Assembly (NCBI GenBank): GCA_021801925.1
Contig: JAKABH010000002.1
Coordinates: forward strand, 4,560-68,559
Length of the DNA stretch: 64,000 nt
Direction of reading: 5' to 3'
Source of the DNA: Thermoplasmata archaeon
GTDB taxonomy: Archaea; Thermoplasmatota; Thermoplasmata; Lutacidiplasmatales; UBA184
The first letter of the stretch is position 1. Every line of letters begins with the position of its first letter. Shown here one piece after another: positions 1-9,661 of this stretch. The notes beneath the pieces are model-generated. The model worked only from the letters and a program-made list of their open reading frames with translations. It ran no database searches and had not been told where the DNA came from. The translations under genes and the position numbers were made by a program.

Positions 1-307
1 GGGCCCATCTCGATGCGGACCGGCCCGGGGGGATCCTGCCGGAAGCGTCGGCGGGCACCGAGGGGAGCGGGTGGCAGTCCGCCCGCCTCGGGGACGACCA
101 CGAACGGTATCGCACTTCCCTCGAGCAGCTGCGCTGGTTCCTGGCGGTGGTCCAGAAGGAGGACCACGGGGGCCATCGCCAGGCGCTGGGCCAGTACGCC
201 CGGCTGGTCGCCGAGTCGCTCCGCCGCCACCGGGCCGAGGAGGGGGGGAGCGGAGGCGGGGCTCGGAAACCCTAATGAGCGGCCTCCGGCACCGCGGGTT
301 GGACAGC

Positions 308-1291
308 ATGGCGGCGCGGGCGTCGGAGGCGGTCTGGGTCGAGAAGTACCGGCCGACCTCCCTCGGGGAGATGGTCGGCCAGGAGCAGATCGTCCCCCTG
401 CTGCGCTCGTACGCCGAACAGCGGTCGATGCCCCACCTCATGTTCGCCGGCCCGCCGGGGACCGGCAAGACGACGGCGGCGCTGGCGCTCGCCCGGGACC
501 TGTTCGGTCCGTCCTGGCGCCAGAACTTCCTCGAGTTGAACGCGAGCGACGAGCGGGGGATCGAGACCGTCCGCGGGACGATCAAGCAGTACGCCCGGAC
601 CTCCCCCATCGGCGAGGTCAGCTTCAAGATCCTGTTCTTGGACGAGGCGGACAACCTCACCGCCGAGGCGCAGGCCTCGCTGCGCCGGCTGATGGAGCGC
701 TACTCCGGTTCGTGCCGGTTCATCCTCTCCTGCAACTACTCCTCCCGGGTGATCGATCCGATCCAGTCCCGCTGCGCGGTGTTCCGGTTCCGGGCCTACA
801 GCGCCGATGCGATCCGCGCCCAGCTCGGGCGGATCGCCGCGGCCGAGTCGAAGCGGGTCGACCCCGAGGCCTACGAGGCGATCCTGGTCGCGGCCGACGG
901 CGACATGCGGCGGGCGATCAACCTCCTCCAGCTCACCGCCACCCACGCGGCGCACGTCACCGCCCGCACCGTCCAGGAGCACGCCTCGACCCCGCTCCGC
1001 CGCGAGGTCGAGGGGATGCTGTCGGCGGCGGTCGCCGGCCGTTTCCGCGACGCCCGGAGCCAGCTCTATGCGCTGCTCGTGGACCGCGGGGCGGCCGGCG
1101 AAGAGATCCTGCATGCGATCCACAGCTACCTCCCCGAGATGGACGACCGGACCGTCCCGGCGCGGGAGAAGATCCGGCTGATCGAATACCTCGGGGAGCT
1201 CGACTTCCGCCTCGCCCAGGGGGCCTCGGAGCGGATCCAGCTGGAGGCGCTCCTCGCCCATCTCGCCGCGGTCGGCGCCGGCGGGCGCTGA
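308..1291 (+). CDS. rfcS: Replication factor C small subunit (AAA+ clamp loader)
   Basis: ORF 71..1291 trimmed to ATG 308 because the upstream part is R/G/P-rich noise. N-terminal WVEKYRP, Walker [10 protein letters not shown], Walker [12 protein letters not shown] motif QSRCAVFRF. Confidence 0.9.
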   Translation: MAARASEAVWVEKYRPTSLGEMVGQEQIVPLLRSYAEQRSMPHLMFAGPPGTGKTTAALALARDLFGPSWRQNFLELNASDERGIETVRGTIKQYARTSPIGEVSFKILFLDEADNLTAEAQASLRRLMERYSGSCRFILSCNYSSRVIDPIQSRCAVFRFRAYSADAIRAQLGRIAAAESKRVDPEAYEAILVAADGDMRRAINLLQLTATHAAHVTARTVQEHASTPLRREVEGMLSAAVAGRFRDARSQLYALLVDRGAAGEEILHAIHSYLPEMDDRTVPAREKIRLIEYLGELDFRLAQGASERIQLEALLAHLAAVGAGGR

Positions 1292-1298
1292 GGGGCCC

Positions 1299-1748
1299 GT
1301 GGCGCGGCAGCGGGACGTCGGGGGAAAGCCGAAGGTCGCGCGCCGCGCCGTTGTCGAGGGGGAGCTCGCCGTGGCGGCCTCCACCCGGCGGGCGATCGCC
1401 TCCCGGTCGGTCGAGAAGGGCGACCCCCTCGCCGCCGGCGAGCTCGCCGGCCTGCTGGCGATGAAGCGGACCCCCGACCTGATCCCGCACTGCCATTCCG
1501 TCCCGCTCACGTCGAGCTCGGTCGCCCTGCGCCTCGGGCGGCGGGGGGTGCGGGTCCACGCCGAGGCCGGGACGGTCGACCGGACGGGGGTCGAGATGGA
1601 GGCCCTGGTCGGCGCGACGGTCGCCCTGCTGACCGTGTGGGACATGGTCAAGTACCTCGAGAAGGATGCCCGCGGGCTCTACCCCCACACCGCCCTCGGC
1701 CCGGTCCGGGTCGTGGTGAAGCGCAAGGGAGCGAGCCTCGTTCCATGA
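1299..1748 (+). CDS. moaC: Cyclic pyranopterin monophosphate synthase MoaC
   Basis: GTG start 8 nt after the rfcS stop. Motifs KRTPDLIPHCHSVPL and TGVEMEALVGATVALLTVWDM align with the E. coli MoaC core as I remember it. Confidence 0.88.
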   Translation: MARQRDVGGKPKVARRAVVEGELAVAASTRRAIASRSVEKGDPLAAGELAGLLAMKRTPDLIPHCHSVPLTSSSVALRLGRRGVRVHAEAGTVDRTGVEMEALVGATVALLTVWDMVKYLEKDARGLYPHTALGPVRVVVKRKGASLVP

Positions 1749-2266
1749 CCGAACCGCAACCGTCGACCGCGAGCCGCCACCACCTCGGGGGAGATCGCGT
1801 GCTCTCCTTCGGGGTCCTCTCCGTCTCCGACACCCATACCGAGAGCGACGATCCGTCGGGCCATCTCGCCCGGGATCTCCTCACGGCCGGGGGCCACCGG
1901 GTCCTCCACTACCGCCTCGTGGCGAACTCGGTCGCCGACGTGCGCGACACGCTCGAGCCGTGGCTCGCCGAGATCCCGCTCGAGGTGGCGATCACCGTCG
2001 GCGGGACCGGGGTGAGTTCGCGGGACCTGACGGTCAACGCCCTCGAGGCGATGGGCGGCCGGCGCCTCGAGGGGTTCGGGGAGATCTACCGCGCCCTGAG
2101 CTTCCAGGAGGTCGGCCCGCTCGCCTTCATCAGCCGGGCGGCGCTCTTCGTCGTGAACGGCAAGCCGGTCTTCGCCCTGCCGGGCAGCGAGCGGGCGGTC
2201 CGCACGGCCGTCGAGAAGCTGATCCTGCCGGCCGCCATCCACTTGGTCGAGGAGCTCGAGCGCTAG
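1745..2266 (+). CDS. moaB: Molybdenum cofactor biosynthesis protein MoaB/Mog family
   Basis: ATG 1745 overlaps the moaC stop (ATGA). MoaB-type motifs ITVGGTGVSSRDLT and ALPGSERAV. ORF 1637..2266 trimmed. Confidence 0.8.
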   Translation: MTEPQPSTASRHHLGGDRVLSFGVLSVSDTHTESDDPSGHLARDLLTAGGHRVLHYRLVANSVADVRDTLEPWLAEIPLEVAITVGGTGVSSRDLTVNALEAMGGRRLEGFGEIYRALSFQEVGPLAFISRAALFVVNGKPVFALPGSERAVRTAVEKLILPAAIHLVEELER

Positions 2267-3051
2267 GCGCGCGGGTCGGACCGGCGCCCGACCGCGAGCG
2301 CCCCCATCGGTGGGGGGCCCGCGTCGAAGAGCTGGGGCGGGAGCCCTTGGGCCCGGCAGAAGGCGTCCCACGCCGCGGTCGCGTCGACGTGGTGGCAGAG
2401 CAGGATCCCGCGCCCGGAAAGGCGCTCCCATGCCGCGTGGAGCTCGAACCGGGCGCGAGCCGGGTTCGGCCCGTTGTCGTAGAAGAACAGGTCGATCGGG
2501 TCGGAATCGCCGAGGATCTCCCGAAGCCGCTCTTCGGAGTTCCCGAGGGCGAGGGTCCATCGGGTCCGGAGCGGGGGCGGCACGAACTGGCCGACCTCGA
2601 CCTCCCGGACCCCGGCGGACCGGCCCGCCGTCGGCCCGGGTCCCAGGGAGACGAGCTCGCCGCGTCCGTTCGCCGCGAGGGCGGAGAGGATCCACGCCGT
2701 CGAATAGCCGGGCCGGACGCCGGTCTCGACGACCCGATCCGGCCGTTGGCTGCGGACGAGCAGGTAGAGGAGCGCCCCCTGGGGGAGTTCGTGGGCGAAG
2801 GCGATCCCCGCCCCGCGCTCGAGCAGGAGGTCGGGGAGCGCCCCTTCCCGCAGCTCGCGACGAAACGTCGTGAGCTCGGGGTCCGACACCCCGGTCATCG
2901 CCCGGATCCGGTCGAGCGCGCTCTGGCGGAGGAGGAGCATCCGCTGCCGGATCGCCCGCCGGGCGGCCGGGGAGACGAGGGAGCGGCGACGGGACGTCCG
3001 GTCGACCATCGGCACCGACTCCCCGGCGACGGTCGTAGGTTTCGGTACCAT
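2263..3051 (-). CDS. Class I SAM-dependent methyltransferase (O-methyltransferase-like)
   Basis: SAM motif I VVETGVRPGYS and the later motif DLFFYDNGP. The 428-aa ORF is trimmed to ATG 3051 (MVPKP...) because its upstream part runs antisense through trx. Confidence 0.6.
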   Translation of the reverse strand: MVPKPTTVAGESVPMVDRTSRRRSLVSPAARRAIRQRMLLLRQSALDRIRAMTGVSDPELTTFRRELREGALPDLLLERGAGIAFAHELPQGALLYLLVRSQRPDRVVETGVRPGYSTAWILSALAANGRGELVSLGPGPTAGRSAGVREVEVGQFVPPPLRTRWTLALGNSEERLREILGDSDPIDLFFYDNGPNPARARFELHAAWERLSGRGILLCHHVDATAAWDAFCRAQGLPPQLFDAGPPPMGALAVGRRSDPRA

Positions 3052-3166
3052 AGGGTCAGCTCCTCCGGTCCCGGTCCGGAGGTCTAGCCCATCGAGGGGC
3101 GCCGACCTATACAAACCCTGTGCGTCGACCCCCGCGCCACGGGGTGGCGGGCGGGCCAGCGCACGA

Positions 3167-3173
3167 TTTAATA
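3167..3173 (+). promoter_or_regulatory. TATA-like box (TTTAATA) upstream of trx
   Basis: The only AT-rich heptamer in a GC-rich spacer, about 38 nt upstream of ATG 3208, with GAGG in between. Confidence 0.35.
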
Positions 3174-3207
3174 GGCCGACCGGCTCCGGACCGGCGAGGC
3201 GGTCACG

Positions 3208-3525
3208 ATGGCGGTTCAGGAAGTCGGAGGAGCCAACTACGACAAGTTCGCGAACGAGAACGGCGCCGCGGTGGTCGACATCTGGGCGCCGTGGTGCGGA
3301 CCGTGCCGGATGGTCTCCCCGATCGTCGACCGGCTGAGCGAGAAGTACCGCGGCAAGGTGGCGTTCGGGAAGATGAACTCGGACGAGAACGGCGAGAAGG
3401 CCGGGGCGCTCGGGATCATGAGCATCCCGACCTTGCTGTTCTACAAGCAGGGCAAGCTCGTCGACCGGATCGTCGGGGCGTATCCCGAAGAGGTCATCGA
3501 CGAGCACATCCGCCGCCTGCTCTGA
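3208..3525 (+). CDS. trxA: Thioredoxin
   Basis: Active site WAPWCGPC, 105 aa, typical thioredoxin length and pattern (GIMSIPTLLFYKQG). Confidence 0.92.
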   Translation: MAVQEVGGANYDKFANENGAAVVDIWAPWCGPCRMVSPIVDRLSEKYRGKVAFGKMNSDENGEKAGALGIMSIPTLLFYKQGKLVDRIVGAYPEEVIDEHIRRLL

Positions 3526-3626
3526 CTCTCCCGCCCCGGGGACGGGCACCGCGCCCCCGCGGGGGGGCCCGGCCGCATCGGGGCGCTGTGCACCGGCGCG
3601 CGCCCCGTCCCCGTTGAGGTGGCGGC

Positions 3627-4919
3627 ATGAGCGCGCCGGCGCCCGACGTGCAGCTGGCGCGCTACGTCTTCCGCCGGAAGCTGGACGAGATCGCGCAGAG
3701 CCGGGGGCGCGCGACGGAGCTGATCTCGCTCTACGTCTCCCCGACGCGCCAGATCCCGGACGTCCTAAGCTATCTGCGGAACGAGTACGCCCAGAGCTCG
3801 AACATCAAGAGTCGCACGACCCGCAAGAACGTCATGTGGGCGATCGACTCGCTGATGAACCGGGTCCGCGCCTACAAGGCGCCGCCGCCGAACGGGGTGG
3901 CGTTCTTCGTCGGGAACAAGGCGGTCGGCGCCGACAAGTCGGAGCCGGTCACCTACATCCTCGAGCCGCCCGAGCCGCTGAACACGTTCCTCTACCGGTG
4001 CGACTCCACGTTCTACCTGGACCCGCTGCTCTCGATGGTCCACGAACCGGACCTCTGGGGGCTCCTCGTCATGGACCGCGCCGAGATGACGATCGGCTTC
4101 CTCCGCGGCAAGCGGACGGAGGCGCTGCGCAACAAGCAGTCGATGGTGCCGAGCAAGCACGGACGGGGGGGCCAGTCGGCGCACCGGTTCGAGCGGCTCA
4201 TCGAGCACGCGGCGCACGACTTCTTCGTGCGCACCGCCGAGATCGCCGCCGAGCTCTTCCTGCCGAAGAAGGACCAGCTCAAGGGGATCCTCCTCGGCGG
4301 CCCCGGGGCGACGAAGGAGTTCTTCTACCACGAGGCCTACCTTCACTACGAGCTCCAGCAGAAGGTCGTCCAGCCGCTGTTCGACGTCGGCTACACCGAT
4401 GAATACGGCCTCAAGGAACTGGTCGAGAAGGCGTCCCAGACGCTCCACGGCCTCGAGCTCACGGAGGAGAAGCGGCTGATGCGCCGCCTGATGGCGGAGG
4501 TGCGGCGGGCGGAGGCCGGCCTCGCCGCCTACGGCGAGGCCGATGTCGCCCGCGCGCTCGAGCTCAACTCCGTCGACACCCTCCTCATCTCCGAGGCGCT
4601 CCGCCGACAGCGGGTGACGTTCCGCTGCACCGCCTGCGCCCAGGAGTTCGTCCGGACCGTCTCCGATGCGGAGATCGACCCGATCCTCGACGGGCCGTGC
4701 CCGAGCTGCGGCCAGCGGCAGGTCACGGAGGTCGCCCGCGAGGACTACGTGGAAGGCCTCTTCCGCCGCGCCGCGGAGTCGGGGGCGACGGCCCGTTTGG
4801 TCTCCGGGGAGAGCGAGGAAGGGGAGATCCTCTCGAAGGGACTCGGGGGGATCGCGGCGCTGCTCCGCTACCCTCTACCCCGGACCGCCTGGACGCGGCC
4901 GGCCGGACCCCCCGGCTGA
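3627..4919 (+). CDS. prf1: Peptide chain release factor subunit 1 (aRF1)
   Basis: NIKS stop-codon recognition motif (SSNIKSRTTRKN), GGQ motif (GRGGQSAHRFERL), GAGGTG Shine-Dalgarno-like run 5 nt upstream of the ATG. Confidence 0.93.
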   Translation: MSAPAPDVQLARYVFRRKLDEIAQSRGRATELISLYVSPTRQIPDVLSYLRNEYAQSSNIKSRTTRKNVMWAIDSLMNRVRAYKAPPPNGVAFFVGNKAVGADKSEPVTYILEPPEPLNTFLYRCDSTFYLDPLLSMVHEPDLWGLLVMDRAEMTIGFLRGKRTEALRNKQSMVPSKHGRGGQSAHRFERLIEHAAHDFFVRTAEIAAELFLPKKDQLKGILLGGPGATKEFFYHEAYLHYELQQKVVQPLFDVGYTDEYGLKELVEKASQTLHGLELTEEKRLMRRLMAEVRRAEAGLAAYGEADVARALELNSVDTLLISEALRRQRVTFRCTACAQEFVRTVSDAEIDPILDGPCPSCGQRQVTEVAREDYVEGLFRRAAESGATARLVSGESEEGEILSKGLGGIAALLRYPLPRTAWTRPAGPPG

Positions 4920-4930
4920 CGTCGGATCCT

Positions 4931-6418
4931 TCACCAGAGGTGCCCGAGGGGGTCGTCCTCGGAGTCGGAGGGGGCCGGCGGGGTCGGGTCGTGCGGGCCG
5001 GCCCGACCGGTCGTCGGCCCGCCGGGCGGGTAGAGGGGGGCGTTCGGATACACGGGCGGCGGGAGGCGGCGGCGCACGGCGACGACCGCGACCATGGCGA
5101 CGACGGTCCCCACCCCGGCGACCGCGACCGCCGGCCCCACGAGGTCCCGCAGGGTCGAGGCGGTCGGGAGACCGGCTCCGGGGCAGGCCGATCCGTAGAG
5201 GAGGCATCCCTGGACCGAGGCGGATTGTGTCGGCGACTGGGGCTCGCCCTGGACCGCCGTCTGGGCCGGGGTGTCGGGGGTACCCGTACCGGCGAGGTCG
5301 GTCAGGCCGCTCGCCGAGCCCGAGGTCGCGTACGTCGGCTCGAGCGTCTGGAGGCCGAAGACCCAGCGGGAAGCCCCGACCCCGAAGTGCGCCCGATCGA
5401 CGGTGCGGACATCGAGGAACGACATCCCGGCGTTCACGGCGCCGGATTCGTTCCCCGCCCACGGTCGGGCGGTCGTCGTGGCGAACAACTGGGCGCCGGT
5501 CGGGACCAGGACGATCCCGTCGACGAGGCCGAACGGTCCGCTGGGGGCGAGCGCGACCTCGGGGAACGGCACGCCGCCCAAGCGGATCGAGTTCGCGGAG
5601 GAGTAGGCTCCCAGCAGAGACTCGGTCCCGTTCGAGGGGAGCGGGAGGGAGCCGGACCCCGAAACCGAGCCGGTCACCGCACCGCTGCGGCTCAGGAAAT
5701 ACCGGTATCCGGTCTCGCCGGTCGACCGGAAGCCTGCCTCGGACGACCAGCCCTGGGAGTCGGTGAGGTTCTCCGGCAGGATCCCGAGGGGGCGGGGGAA
5801 CGTGACCGACGAGTTGGAGAAGATATCAGCGGAGAGGTAGCCGCTTCGGGCGACCGGCACCGACCCGGCCACCGGTAGGTAGCTCGAGGTCGACTCCGTC
5901 TCGTTCGCTCGGGTGACGGTCGTCGAGCTTTCGAGGGCGATCGCCGCCACCGGTCCGCCGGATTCGTTCACCGCCCCGGCGGTCGTCAGGAGCGAAACGG
6001 TCCGGTCGGACTCCCAGAAGCGGGCCTGGAGGGACGACCGATACACCGGCGTCTGGCAGTTCGGGGTGCAGTACTCGATCGCGAACGCCGCCCCCGACGT
6101 GCGGGTGACGTTGAGCGAGAAGGAGGTGCCGCTCACGTTCTGTTGCGCGAGCTCCACCGTGAATCCGTCCGTGAGATTGCCGACGTACGGGATGCCCGCG
6201 CGGGAGACGCCCGAGAAGTGGATTGTACCGACCCCGCCGTAGGCCCAGGTGGCGGACGGAGCGTTCGCGTCGGGCGCCGGGGCGGCGCGGGCGATTCCCC
6301 CGGAGCCGACCGTCGCGAACAGGGTCCCGAGGACGACGACGCCGACCGCCAAGGCGATCGCCCGTCCCCACGGTCGGCCCCTGATCGACCGCATCGCCCG
6401 TTCCTCGCCCCGTGCCAT
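4931..6418 (-). CDS. Secreted, C-terminally membrane-anchored glycoprotein (hypothetical)
   Basis: N-terminal signal/TM segment (AIALAVGVVVLGTLFATV), at least 9 N-x-S/T sequons, C-terminal TM (VAVAGVGTVVAMVAVVAV) followed by RRR and a Pro-rich tail. Start is uncertain (ATG 6418 or 6394). Confidence 0.55.
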   Translation of the reverse strand: MARGEERAMRSIRGRPWGRAIALAVGVVVLGTLFATVGSGGIARAAPAPDANAPSATWAYGGVGTIHFSGVSRAGIPYVGNLTDGFTVELAQQNVSGTSFSLNVTRTSGAAFAIEYCTPNCQTPVYRSSLQARFWESDRTVSLLTTAGAVNESGGPVAAIALESSTTVTRANETESTSSYLPVAGSVPVARSGYLSADIFSNSSVTFPRPLGILPENLTDSQGWSSEAGFRSTGETGYRYFLSRSGAVTGSVSGSGSLPLPSNGTESLLGAYSSANSIRLGGVPFPEVALAPSGPFGLVDGIVLVPTGAQLFATTTARPWAGNESGAVNAGMSFLDVRTVDRAHFGVGASRWVFGLQTLEPTYATSGSASGLTDLAGTGTPDTPAQTAVQGEPQSPTQSASVQGCLLYGSACPGAGLPTASTLRDLVGPAVAVAGVGTVVAMVAVVAVRRRLPPPVYPNAPLYPPGGPTTGRAGPHDPTPPAPSDSEDDPLGHLW

Positions 6419-6507
6419 GCGGGGGGGTACACTTAAGCGGAAGTGCTGAAAAGATGGGAATGGTCTGGACTGCGTGCCACGGTCTAGCATGGGTGGAGTG
6501 AAGTCTC

Positions 6508-7590
6508 GTGCGAACTCTGACCGAATCCGAAGCGCGGGTGATTGCCGTCATGCTCGCCGCCCGGCCGGACCGGGAACGCGAGCGCCTGCGGCAGGTGCAG
6601 GTACCCCGTTCGACCTACCATGCGATCCGCCGGCGCGCCTATACGGAGGCGTGGTTGCGCGATCGGTACATCCCGCACCCGGGCCCCCTCGGCCGCCCCT
6701 GGGTGACGTTCATCCTGCTCCGCCCGTTCGCGGACCGCTTCGAGGAGTTCGCCGCCGCCGCGGCGGCCGACCCCGGCACGGTCGGCCTGTGGACAGGCAC
6801 CCAGGTCGCCCTCGCGATCCTGTTCCAGCCGAAGCCGACCGACCGCGCGAAGTGGGCGAACCGCATCGAGCGGGAGCGGCTCGGCGCCCATCCGCTGCTG
6901 CTCACCGTACGGGCCGATGCGCCCTCGGTCCCGGTCTACTTCGACTTCGAGGGCCTCTGGTGCCATCTGGTCGGGTTGCCCGGCACCCTGGCCTATCCCC
7001 ACGGGCTCGGAGGGGAGCTGGCGCCGACCCCCGGTGAATCCGATCCCCGGCTGACTCCGCACCGGCGGTGGGCGATCTCCGAACTCGTCCATCGGCCGTT
7101 CGTCGGATCCGCGGACGGGCGGGGCGATCATCTCGTCGGCCCGTTCGGACTTCCGTTCACCCAGCGCCGGATGCTCGCGAAGGGATGGGTCGACCACCGC
7201 ACGCTGCTCGACCCGGCCCGCCTGCCCCCGTACCAGGGTCGGAGCCCGGATCAGGTCGTGCTGCTGTCGGGCACGCCGCGGGCCGGGGCCCGCCCCGAGC
7301 AGCTGTTCGCGTTGCTGACGCGGGAGTGCCGGGTCTTCCCGTTCCTGCTGGTCGTCGGCGACGACCGGTGGCTCGTCGGGGCCCTCGGATCGGCCTCGCC
7401 CCCGCCGGAGCTGGGGAGCGATCGACGGCCGGTGCTCGGCACCTTCCGGGAGTTCCTCGAAGGAATCGAGATCGTCCAGGAACCGGCGGCCCGCTTTGTC
7501 GCCCGGGTCGATCACCGGTACGACCGCCTCCTCCCTCCGGCCCGCCCGCCGGCGGCCCCGACCCGGGAGCCCGCCGACCCGACCGACTGA
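6508..7590 (+). CDS. Hypothetical protein with an apparent internal duplication
   Basis: GTG start and protein-like composition. The two halves share a pattern (see finding). No family recognised. Confidence 0.45.
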   Translation: MRTLTESEARVIAVMLAARPDRERERLRQVQVPRSTYHAIRRRAYTEAWLRDRYIPHPGPLGRPWVTFILLRPFADRFEEFAAAAAADPGTVGLWTGTQVALAILFQPKPTDRAKWANRIERERLGAHPLLLTVRADAPSVPVYFDFEGLWCHLVGLPGTLAYPHGLGGELAPTPGESDPRLTPHRRWAISELVHRPFVGSADGRGDHLVGPFGLPFTQRRMLAKGWVDHRTLLDPARLPPYQGRSPDQVVLLSGTPRAGARPEQLFALLTRECRVFPFLLVVGDDRWLVGALGSASPPPELGSDRRPVLGTFREFLEGIEIVQEPAARFVARVDHRYDRLLPPARPPAAPTREPADPTD

Positions 7591-7699
7591 GTCCGGCCGC
7601 GGGTCCACCCCTCGGGCCGCCCGACGACCGGGCCCGCCCTCCTGCGCCGAAGGTTCCGGCAGTGAGAAGCCATATGTGGCCCGGGGTGCGATTCCTGTG

Positions 7700-7774
7700 G
7701 GGCGCGTAGCCTAGCTTGGATAGGGCACCGGGTTCCTAACCCGGCGGTCGAGGGTTCAAATCCCTCCGCGCCCG
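7700..7774 (+). tRNA. tRNA-Arg (anticodon CCU)
   Basis: Hand-folded cloverleaf. Acceptor GGGCGCG/CGCGCCC, D stem GCCT/GGGC, anticodon stem CCGGG/CCCGG with loop TTCCTAA, T arm GAGGG-TTCAAAT-CCCTC. 75 nt, no encoded CCA. Confidence 0.9.
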
Positions 7775-7949
7775 TCGCTCGCCAGGGGAATCCGGAGGGC
7801 GCGCGGGAACCGGGAGCCGGACGTCACCGGCGACCCCTCCGCCCAGGTCGGCGGTCACCGGGCGGGCTACCGGCAAGCGAGCGGGCGGGGATCGCACCGC
7901 CCGATCGGGCCCGATCCGCCGGTTCCCCCCGGGTGGGCCGACGGATCGG

Positions 7950-8351
7950 TCAGCCGGTCGTGACGAGATAGATCGCGAGCCCCACCCCGATGGCGACCAT
8001 GGTGAGGGTGAGCGCCCACTCGAGGGCGGTATGGACCCGATACTCTCCCGCCTCCAGCTCCTGCCGCGCGGTGCGGAACCGGGCGAATCCGAGCAGGAGC
8101 ACCGCCGCGCCCGCGAGGACGAGCAGCACTCCGGTCGCCTCGGAAAGGGGGGCTGGGGCCGCCGTTCCCACCGTCCCGCCCGAGAGTTCGCGAAGCAGCA
8201 GGCCGAATTTCGCGACCACGAAGCCGAACGCCATGATCGTGATCGCCGTCCGTACCCATGCCAGAAACGTACGCTCGTTGGCAAGATGGTCCGTCGGCGA
8301 GGCGCGATGGACCGGCCCGGCCGCGGCGTCGGCATGGTCCGTTCCGCTCAT
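7950..8351 (-). CDS. DUF202 (YidH-like) membrane protein
   Basis: LANERTFLAWVRT signature followed by three hydrophobic helices. The 267-aa ORF is trimmed to ATG 8351. Confidence 0.75.
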   Translation of the reverse strand: MSGTDHADAAAGPVHRASPTDHLANERTFLAWVRTAITIMAFGFVVAKFGLLLRELSGGTVGTAAPAPLSEATGVLLVLAGAAVLLLGFARFRTARQELEAGEYRVHTALEWALTLTMVAIGVGLAIYLVTTG

Positions 8352-8868
8352 CGCCTCCCCACGGACACGCGGGCCGTTGATGAAGGACGCGGTCGAGCCG
8401 CGGACCCGCCGCCGGCGTCGCCACCGGGGGCCGGAACACCCCGCCTCATTTTCGCCTCGGGCGGGCTCGAGCCCAATCCCGCGCGGGTTCGGAACGTGGC
8501 GGTCGCGGTCCGGATGCCGGCCGCCCCGCAGGCGACGGGCCCCTGCCTCCGGTCGAGTTCGAAGGCGACTCGGCCTCGGACCCGGCGATCCGTCGGACCC
8601 CGGCGCCGCTGTCGATCCGGACCCCCTCCAGCGAGAGCCGTCCCCCCCTGGCGAGATCTCGGGCACTTCCCCGGGGGGGAGACGGGGAGCAGAGTCGAGC
8701 CCATTTGCCGAGCCCGCGCGGGCGCCTAAACATGGCGTGTCGGTTCCCGACATTCTGACCCCACTTCTTCCCGAAATTATGGCCCCCTTTCTACCTCGAA
8801 CGGGGGTGGCGCCTCATGACGGACATGTATCCCCCCAATCCTCGGTCACTTCGGTGGGAGGGCCCCCA

Positions 8869-9615
8869 GTGTACGACCGAGTGAAGCGCCACGAGATTCT
8901 CGTTCTGCGTCGAGCGGGCCTGACCCTGCGAGAAGTCGCACGGAAGGCCGGTGTGGGTGTGAGGACGGTCCAACGCATCCTCCAGCAGGGTGACCTCGAC
9001 CCTCCGTCACGACACGCTGTCGGCCGGCCTCCGGTCGCGGTGGCCTTCGAAGAAGAGGCCCGACGGATCCTGGCGACCGACGGGGAACTACCGACCGTCG
9101 AGGTCCTCCGTCGGCTACGGCAGAACGGCTACTCGGGAGGCAAGAACCCAGTCTACCAACTGGTCCGTCGCCTGCGAGCTACGGTGACCCCTCCGTTGGT
9201 GAGGTTCGAGGGCGTCGCCGGAGAGTTCTGTCAGTGCGACTTCGGCCACGTACGGGTCCACTACGACGACGGCACCGAGGAGCTGCTCCACTTCTTTGCC
9301 GCTCGGCTGAAGTGGTCGCGCTGGGTGCAGGTCGAACTCGTTCCCAACGAACAGGTGGAGGCGCTGGCCCGGTCGCTGCTCGCCGCCTTCGCCTCCTTCG
9401 GGGGCGTGCCCCTCGTGGGCGTCTTCGATAACCCGAAGACGGTCGTGATCTCGCGCCAGGGCGGCCAGATCCAGTGGAACGACACCTTCGCCCAAGTTGC
9501 CCTCGACTACCGCTTCGCCCCCGAGCTCTGTACGCCGCGCCGCGGCAACCAGAAGGGGAGTGTCGAAAATCGGGTGGGCTTTGTGAAGAACGGGTTCTTC
9601 AAAGTCCGCCGGTAA
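8869..9615 (+). pseudogene. IS21-family transposase IstA, C-terminally truncated, no istB
   Basis: N-terminal HTH (GLTLREVARKAGVGVRTVQRIL). First two DDE acidic motifs are present (CDFGHV, VFDNPKT), but the ORF stops at FFKVRR before the third catalytic residue. No IstB ATPase gene follows. Confidence 0.8.
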
Positions 9616-9637
9616 CTGTTCACGGAGTTGAGGGGCT

Positions 9638-9661
9638 GAACGCGCGCGCACGCGCGCGTTC
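9638..9661. repeat. 24-nt alternating-CG palindrome (11-bp arms, 2-nt centre)
   Basis: GAACGCGCGCG-CA-CGCGCGCGTTC, verified by reverse-complementing. It lies at the junction between the truncated IS21 gene and the IS110 unit. Confidence 0.9.

Noticed and set aside
7990-8868. Upstream part of ORF 7990..9615, and ORFs 7950..8753 and 8031..8729
   Set aside because: These are low-complexity extensions. The recognisable IS21 HTH starts near 8869 and the DUF202 domain near 8351.
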